Shown one piece after another: positions 55,832 to 61,529 of a stretch of DNA of 61,529 bases (positions within the stretch are counted from its first letter, which is position 1; each line of letters opens with the position of its first letter). The notes below the pieces were generated by a model. That model ran no database searches. It worked only from the letters and a program-made list of their open reading frames with translations, and was not told where the DNA came from. This DNA is from Deferrisomatales bacterium (lineage in GTDB: Bacteria; Desulfobacterota; Deferrisomatia; Deferrisomatales; JACRMM01): contig JAWSUI010000019.1 in NCBI GenBank assembly GCA_033551855.1, positions 1 through 61,529 of the forward strand. The letters run 5' to 3'. The position numbers and the translations under genes are program-made.

Positions 55832-57907
55832 TTACCCTCCCGCCGCACCGATCCGCGCGAAGTCGGCCACCTCCCGGAAGAGCCCGGCCACGGCCCCGAG
55901 GAGCGCCAGCCGGTTTGCCCGCACCGCGGGGTCCTCGGCCATCACCATCACGGCGTCGAAGAACGTGTCCACTTCCCGTTTGAGCTCCCCCGCCCGGGCC
56001 AGGAACTCGGCGTACGCCCCTCGGGCCGCGGCAGACTCCATCGCTTCCCGGACACGCCCGTAGGCCGACCAGAGACCCCGTTCCGCGTCCTCACGAAACA
56101 GCGCGGGATCGGGCGCCCCCGGGCTCTGCCCCTTGAGGATGTTCCCCACCCGCTTGAAGGTCTCGGCCAGGGGCCCGAGCTCCCCGCTGCGCCGAGCCGC
56201 CTCCAGCGCCTGGGCCCGGGCCCGGGCGTTGCCCACGTCGTCGAACCCGGCGTCGAGAACGGCCAGAACCAGGTCGGGGGACAGGCCGGCCTGGGGGAGC
56301 AGCCCCTCGAGACGCCCGCGGAAGAAGGCCAGGACGTCCGAGCGCACCTCCGCAGCCGGCCGCGTCAGCTTGGGCTCCAGGCCCGTCAGGGCGGCCTCGA
56401 CGATCCAGTCCAGGCCCAGGCGATAGCCCTTTTCGTCGAGGATGCGCAGCACCCCGAGGGTCTGCCGCCGCAGTGCGTAGGGGTCGGCAGTCCCGGTGGG
56501 CACGAGGCCCACCCCGAAGCACCCGGTGATGGTGTCGAGCTTGTCGGAGAGGCTCACGCAGTCGGCCTCGACGGAGGACGGCAGGGGGCTCCCGGCCTGG
56601 ACCGGCCAGTAGTGCTCCTGGATGCCCCGGGCCACCGCCTCGCCCTCCCCGGCCCGCAGCGCGTATTCCCGCCCCACGATCCCCTGGAGCTCGGGGAACT
56701 CGTAGACCATCTGGGTGACCAGGTCCGCCTTGCAGATGGAGGCGATCCGGTCCACCGTCGCCGCAGACTCGGGGCACAGGCGCTCGGCCAGCTTCCCGGC
56801 CAGGGCCCGGAACCGCTCCACCTTCTCGTGGCTGGTGCCGAGCTTGGTCTGGAACACCACGTTGCGCAGCGCCCGGGCGTGCTCCTCGAGGGTTGTCTTC
56901 TGATCCTCGTCGAAGAAGAAGCGGGCGTCGGCGAGGCGGGCACGCAGCACCCTCTCGTTGCCCCGGGCCACCACGGCCAGGTCCCGGGCCCGGGTGTTCG
57001 ACACCGTCACGAAGTGGTTCAGCAGCCGCCCCTCGGCGTCGGTGACGGCAAAGTACTTCTGGTGCGTCTTCATCGTGAGGATCAGGAGCTCGCGGGGCAG
57101 CTCGAGGTAGCGGGGCTCGAAGCTCCCCGCCACCGGCACCGGGTACTCCACCAGGAACGTCACGGTATCCAGGAGCTGCTCGTCCAGCAACGCGCGCCCC
57201 CCCAGCCCCGCAGCCACCTGCTCCACACCCTCGACGATGAGGCGCCGGCGCTCATCCGGGTCCACGATCACCCACGCCTCCCGCACCTTGCGGAAGTAGT
57301 CCTGGGCATCCATGGCGTCGAAGGCGTCCGGGTGGTGGAAGCGGTGGCCGCGGCTGGCGCGCCCGCTCGCCGCGTCCGCAAACGAGAACGGGACCACCTC
57401 CCCGCCCAGCAGGGCGAGGACCCAGTGCACCGGACGGGCGTACGCCACCTCCCCCGTCCCCCAGCGCATGGACTTGGGGAAGTGGAGGCGCCCGGCCCAC
57501 TGGGGCAGGAGCTCCGCCAACACCTGGGCGGCGGGGCGTCCCGGGAGGTGCCTCCGGGCTGCGACGTACGACCCCTTCTCGGTCTCCACCCGCAGCAGCT
57601 CCCCCACCTCCACCCCCTGGGAACGGGCGAATCCCTGGGCCGCCCGGGTGGGGTTGCCCTCGGCGTCGAAGGCCGCCGTCACCGAGGGCCCCACCCGCTC
57701 CTCCAGGGCGTCGGCCTGGCGGTCCGCCACTTCCTCGACCCACAGGACCAGGCGCCGGGGGGTGCCGAGGGTGCGCACGGCCCCCGCGGAGAGCCGATTC
57801 GCCTCCAGACCCTCTCGGGCCAGGGCGGCGAGCTGGGCCAGCGCCGGCGACAGGAACCCGGCCGGGATCTCCTCGGTGCCGATCTCGAGAAGGAGGTCTG
57901 CGGCCAT
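55832..57907 (-). CDS. glyS: Glycine--tRNA ligase beta subunit
   Basis: LLLEIGTEEIP, TPRRL, PKSMRW, GNERVLRARLADA, VYEFPELQG, DPYALRR, VRANRLALL. Confidence 0.96.
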   Translation of the reverse strand: MAADLLLEIGTEEIPAGFLSPALAQLAALAREGLEANRLSAGAVRTLGTPRRLVLWVEEVADRQADALEERVGPSVTAAFDAEGNPTRAAQGFARSQGVEVGELLRVETEKGSYVAARRHLPGRPAAQVLAELLPQWAGRLHFPKSMRWGTGEVAYARPVHWVLALLGGEVVPFSFADAASGRASRGHRFHHPDAFDAMDAQDYFRKVREAWVIVDPDERRRLIVEGVEQVAAGLGGRALLDEQLLDTVTFLVEYPVPVAGSFEPRYLELPRELLILTMKTHQKYFAVTDAEGRLLNHFVTVSNTRARDLAVVARGNERVLRARLADARFFFDEDQKTTLEEHARALRNVVFQTKLGTSHEKVERFRALAGKLAERLCPESAATVDRIASICKADLVTQMVYEFPELQGIVGREYALRAGEGEAVARGIQEHYWPVQAGSPLPSSVEADCVSLSDKLDTITGCFGVGLVPTGTADPYALRRQTLGVLRILDEKGYRLGLDWIVEAALTGLEPKLTRPAAEVRSDVLAFFRGRLEGLLPQAGLSPDLVLAVLDAGFDDVGNARARAQALEAARRSGELGPLAETFKRVGNILKGQSPGAPDPALFREDAERGLWSAYGRVREAMESAAARGAYAEFLARAGELKREVDTFFDAVMVMAEDPAVRANRLALLGAVAGLFREVADFARIGAAGG

Positions 57908-58806
57908 CACGCGTCCCTCCCCGCGGAGCCCGCCCCGCCTCGCGCCAGAAGGGGATACCCCATCTCCTCGCGCTGGGCGGCGTAGGCGTGGGCCACCTTG
58001 CGGGCCAGGTCGCGGACCCGCCCGATGTACCGGGTGCGCTCGGTCACGCTGATGGCGCCCCGGGCGTCCAGCAGGTTGAAGGTGTGGGAGCATTTGAGCG
58101 TGTAGTCGTAGGCCGGCAGCACGAGGCCCTTCTCGATGACCCGGGCCGACTCGGCCTCGTACCGGGAGAACAGGTCGAAGAGCATGGCCACGTCGGCCTC
58201 CTCGAAGTTGTAGATCGACCCCTCCACCTCCCCCCGGTGGTGGACTTCCCCGTAGCGGATGCCGTCCGTCCAGACCAGGTCGTAGACGTTGTCCACCCCC
58301 TGCAGGTACATGGCGATGCGCTCGATGCCGTAGGTGATCTCGGCGGAGACGGGCTTGCAGTCGAGGCCGCCGGCCTGCTGGAAGTACGTGAACTGGGTGA
58401 TCTCCATCCCGTCGAGCCAGACTTCCCAGCCCAGACCCCACGCACCCAGGGTCGGGCTCTCCCAGTCGTCCTCCACGAACCGGATGTCGTGGTCCAGGGG
58501 GTCGATCCCCAGGGAGCGAAGGCTGTCGACGTAGAGCTCGAGGACGTCCAGGGGGGACGGCTTGAGGATCACCTGATATTGATAGTAGTGCTGCAGCCGG
58601 TTGGGGTTCTCGCCGTACCGGCCGTCCGTGGGGCGGCGGCTGGGCTCCACGTAGGCCACGTTCCAGGGCTCGGGCCCCAGGCAACGCAGCATGGTGTGGG
58701 GGTTCATGGTGCCGGCCCCCACCTCGATGTCGTAGGGCTGGGCGATGATGCACCCCTTCGCCGCCCAGTACTCCTGCAGCCGCAGGACCACGTCCTGGAA
58801 GGTCAT
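57907..58806 (-). CDS. glyQ: Glycine--tRNA ligase alpha subunit
   Basis: [49 protein letters not shown]. Confidence 0.97.
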   Translation of the reverse strand: MTFQDVVLRLQEYWAAKGCIIAQPYDIEVGAGTMNPHTMLRCLGPEPWNVAYVEPSRRPTDGRYGENPNRLQHYYQYQVILKPSPLDVLELYVDSLRSLGIDPLDHDIRFVEDDWESPTLGAWGLGWEVWLDGMEITQFTYFQQAGGLDCKPVSAEITYGIERIAMYLQGVDNVYDLVWTDGIRYGEVHHRGEVEGSIYNFEEADVAMLFDLFSRYEAESARVIEKGLVLPAYDYTLKCSHTFNLLDARGAISVTERTRYIGRVRDLARKVAHAYAAQREEMGYPLLARGGAGSAGRDA

Positions 58807-58903
58807 CCCTCTCTCCTCCGGCGGCGGCGTCCCGTCTGACCGCGCGCGCCGCCCGTCACGTCCCCCGGAACCGGTCTGCCGATCACCCTGCCCCCCTCGC
58901 CCG

Positions 58904-59698
58904 TCACCCGGAGACGTCCTCCCCCCCGTCTACCCGGAGGATCGAGCCGGTCATCCAGTAGCACCCGGGCTCGCTGAAGCATGCGATCGCCTCGGCCACG
59001 TCCCCCGGGAGAGTCAGCCGCCCCATGGGGTTGCGCGCCTGCGCCATCTGGACCATCTTCTCGTGGCCGGGGATCTGCCGGAGCGCCGGGGTGTCGGTCA
59101 CTCCCGCCAGCACCGCGTTGGCAGTGATGCCCAGGGGGCCCAGCTCCAGGGCCAGCTGGCGAATGTGGCTCTCCAGGGCGGCCTTGGCGGCCGAGACTGC
59201 GCCGTAGCTTTTCCAGGCGATGTGGCCCCCGGAGCTGGTCATGGCGAACACCCGGGAGTTCTTCTCGAGGTACTCCCGCTGCACCAGGTCCTGCACCCAG
59301 TAGACGAGGCTGTGGGCCATGACGTCCAGGGTCATGATCATCTGGGCCTTGGTGAGCCCCTGGCCGGGTTCCGCGATGTAGGGCTTGAGGGCCCCGAAGG
59401 CGAGGCTGTGCAGGAAGACCCGGAGCTTCGGCCCCGTTCCCATCTCTTCGGCCATCTCGTCCAGGACGAGCCGCCGGTTCTCCTCGTCGGCAGCGTTCAC
59501 GTTGAAGAAACGCACCTTGACCCCCAGCGCCCGCAGCTCCTCCACCAGGGTCTCCACCTGCGGCATCGCGGGCTTTCGATCCAGGTGCACGCCGAAGACG
59601 TTCATACCGCGGCGGGCCAGGACCCGGGCCGTGGCGGCGCCGAAACCGCTGGAGGCCCCCAGGATGAGTGCCCAGTTTCCCTTGAGGTCTTCTGCCAT
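58904..59698 (-). CDS. SDR oxidoreductase, enoyl-ACP reductase-like (FabL/FabI-type Y-x6-K)
   Basis: [33 protein letters not shown]. Confidence 0.82.
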   Translation of the reverse strand: MAEDLKGNWALILGASSGFGAATARVLARRGMNVFGVHLDRKPAMPQVETLVEELRALGVKVRFFNVNAADEENRRLVLDEMAEEMGTGPKLRVFLHSLAFGALKPYIAEPGQGLTKAQMIMTLDVMAHSLVYWVQDLVQREYLEKNSRVFAMTSSGGHIAWKSYGAVSAAKAALESHIRQLALELGPLGITANAVLAGVTDTPALRQIPGHEKMVQMAQARNPMGRLTLPGDVAEAIACFSEPGCYWMTGSILRVDGGEDVSG

Positions 59699-59806
59699 CT
59701 CTGCTCCTCTGGGGAGGCCGGTCGCCCCAGTCCGTCGGGAACGGCAACCTCTCGTTTCTCCTGCCGGAAAACGGCGTCCTACGGTATCAAAGGTGCGGGA
59801 AAGGGG

Positions 59807-60592
59807 TCAATCGCCGCCCGGCGGCCGGGGGGCGTCCGGAAGACCGGGGGCGGTGGCCGACTCCGATGGGGGCGCCGGGGAAGCGAGGGACCGGGGGCGG
59901 CGCCCCAGGGCCGCCGTCAACCCCGCCTCCAGGAGTGGGCCCCCCTCCCCCTCCGCCCTCTCGGAGAAGCGCAGGGAGCCCAGGCGCCGGGACGGGAGCT
60001 GCTGGGCGGCCCGGAGGGTGGCGAGGGTGCCGGGTCCGATCCGGGCCGCACCGGGGCCGGCGCAGGGGGGACACCGCAGGGCACCCCCCGCCGCCGCGGC
60101 GCCGCCCGGATACCCACCGCCGCAGGACGGGCAGACCTGGAGAGGAAGGCCGTAGCCCAGGGCGGACAGAGCCCGCACCTGAAACACCCGTGTCAGGCTC
60201 CGCGGCTCCGCCCCGCGCCCCAGGGCGTCCAGCACCCCGTCCAGCAACGAGAAGAAGGCCTCGTCCGCGTCGCCCTCCCGGGTGCCGAGCCGCGCCACCT
60301 CCAGGACGTGGGTCCCGGCCCAATACGCCTCGACGCTCTCCCGCAGCCGCGGGAGGGCGCGCAGGAGCTCCACGCCCAGAAGCCTCCCGAGGCCGGCCGG
60401 GGCCGGCCGGACCTCGGCCCGCATGAGGTGGAAGTAGTCGAGCACCCCCCCGAAGCGGCGGCGGGACTTGCGGGCCCCTTTGGCCAGCACCGACACCCGT
60501 CCCCACCGACGGGTGAAGAGCACCGCGATCAGGTCCGCCTCCCCGTAGGGCGTCGACCGCAGGAGATAGGCCTCGGTCTCCTCGGACCTCAT
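59807..60592 (-). CDS. recO: DNA repair protein RecO
   Basis: YGEADLI..LFT...GRV..LAKGARKSRRRFGG, CxxC...CxxC zinc finger; upstream of glyQ. Confidence 0.9.
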   Translation of the reverse strand: MRSEETEAYLLRSTPYGEADLIAVLFTRRWGRVSVLAKGARKSRRRFGGVLDYFHLMRAEVRPAPAGLGRLLGVELLRALPRLRESVEAYWAGTHVLEVARLGTREGDADEAFFSLLDGVLDALGRGAEPRSLTRVFQVRALSALGYGLPLQVCPSCGGGYPGGAAAAGGALRCPPCAGPGAARIGPGTLATLRAAQQLPSRRLGSLRFSERAEGEGGPLLEAGLTAALGRRPRSLASPAPPSESATAPGLPDAPRPPGGD

Positions 60593-60650
60593 CTCGGAGC
60601 CGCGTCCCGGAGCGGGACCGAGGCCGCCCCTCGAAGCGGCCTCCGGCGCG

Positions 60651-61298
60651 TCATCCGGCCTTTCCCGGCCACGGGCAGCGATCTCGGACCGAGCACCGGG
60701 GGCACCGGGGGGCGCGGGCCGTGCAGGTGACCCGGCCGTGGCGGATCAGCAGCAGGTGCGCCTCCACCCAGGACCCTGCCGGCAGGAGCGCGGTGACCGC
60801 GTCCTCCACCGCCCGCGGTTCGATTCCCTCGGCAAACCCCAGCCGGCGGCACACGCGGCCCACGTGGGTGTCCACGGCGAACGCCGGCGTGCCGAACGCC
60901 TGCCCCAGGACGACCGAGGCGGTCTTTCGCCCCACCCCCGGGAGGGCCTCCAGCGCCTCCCGCTCGCTCGGCACCCGGCCCCCGTGACGGCCCGAGACCT
61001 CCCGAGCCATCCCCACGAGGCTGCGGGCTTTGGAGCGAAACAAGCCGATGCTCCGGATGAGGCCCTCCACCTCCGCCACGTCCGCCTCGGCCAGAGCCTC
61101 CGCGGTCGGGAAGCGGGCGAACAACGCCGGCGTCTTGCGGTTCACGCGCTCGTCGGTACACTGGGCAGACAGGACCGTCGCCACCAGGAGCTCCCAGGGG
61201 CTGCGGTGATTCAGGCCCGGCCGCACCCCCGGGTACGCGGCGCGAAGCCGCTCCAGGATGGCTCGCAGTCTCTCGGCCTCGGCGTTCCGGGTGGGCAT
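60651..61298 (-). CDS. nth: Endonuclease III
   Basis: LVATVLSAQCTDERVN, HhH LPGVGRKTA, AVDTHV, Fe-S motif C-x6-C-x2-C-x5-C. Confidence 0.94.
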   Translation of the reverse strand: MPTRNAEAERLRAILERLRAAYPGVRPGLNHRSPWELLVATVLSAQCTDERVNRKTPALFARFPTAEALAEADVAEVEGLIRSIGLFRSKARSLVGMAREVSGRHGGRVPSEREALEALPGVGRKTASVVLGQAFGTPAFAVDTHVGRVCRRLGFAEGIEPRAVEDAVTALLPAGSWVEAHLLLIRHGRVTCTARAPRCPRCSVRDRCPWPGKAG

Positions 61299-61361
61299 GG
61301 CCCGCTGAGGGTAGCAGAAACACCCCCGGCCCGGAAGCGCAGCGGGGGCCGGCGCAGGATT

Positions 61362-61529
61362 CCCAAGATCCACCACCGGGGGATCTTGGGGCGGGGCCGG
61401 GAGGCCGCGGAGCGCAGGCTCGCACCGCCTCGACCGATGGGCCAAGCCCGCAGAAACGGGTGAAGCCAGGCGCACCCGCTTCCTCCCCAACGCCTCGTCC
61501 GAATATCGCGGATTGCGGGGCGGAGCGGA
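61362..61529 (+). repeat. ~200-bp palindromic element, subfamily B, copy B4 (cut by window end)
   Basis: CCCAAGATCCACCACC...GCAGAAACGGGTGAAGCCAGGCGCACCCG...CGCGGATTGCGGGGCGGAGCGGA. Confidence 0.88.

Noticed and set aside
52223..57985. 1920-aa plus-strand ORF and other long antisense or alternate-frame ORFs (41341-45336, 18991-21606, 45362-48160, 14746-16836, 31816-33942)
   Set aside because: Shadow ORFs opposite well-supported genes, expected in very GC-rich DNA; no recognisable motifs.

Overview
A 61.5 kb, very GC-rich chromosomal window from a deltaproteobacteria-like organism. That placement is inferred from gene content and order: romR-valS-nadC, recO-glyQ-glyS-ppdK, epmA-efp-epmB, system II cytochrome c biogenesis genes and a heme-c sensor kinase. 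Most of the window is housekeeping: thrC, tRNA-Met, MrfAB-like repair helicase/exonuclease, 2-oxoacid dehydrogenase E1a/E1b/E2, ilvA, ABC-2 transporter, dgt, valS, nadC, TamB/BamA-like pair, acyl-CoA synthetase, EF-P with its beta-lysylation enzymes, dut, ppdK, glyQS, recO and nth. The left 2.5 kb is an accessory segment of visibly lower GC. It encodes a class-2 OLD (GajA-like) nuclease whose UvrD partner is cut off after about 54 codons, and it is bracketed by a REP-like motif. The most unusual signals are non-coding. (i) A ~200-bp palindromic element occurs 8 times in two subfamilies whose inner stem shows compensatory base changes. (ii) Two homologous, oppositely oriented DnaA-box modules lie ~20.7 kb apart, one with a perfect IHF consensus, and no dnaA gene is in the window. 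(iii) There are several 7-mer and 9-mer tandem arrays and a 142-bp MITE-like element. Two genes look damaged: a Ddl-like ATP-grasp gene with an in-frame TAA and a macrodomain gene with an internal in-frame deletion. I saw no CRISPR array, rRNA, integrase or intact transposase. All protein calls come from motif recognition by eye, not database searches.
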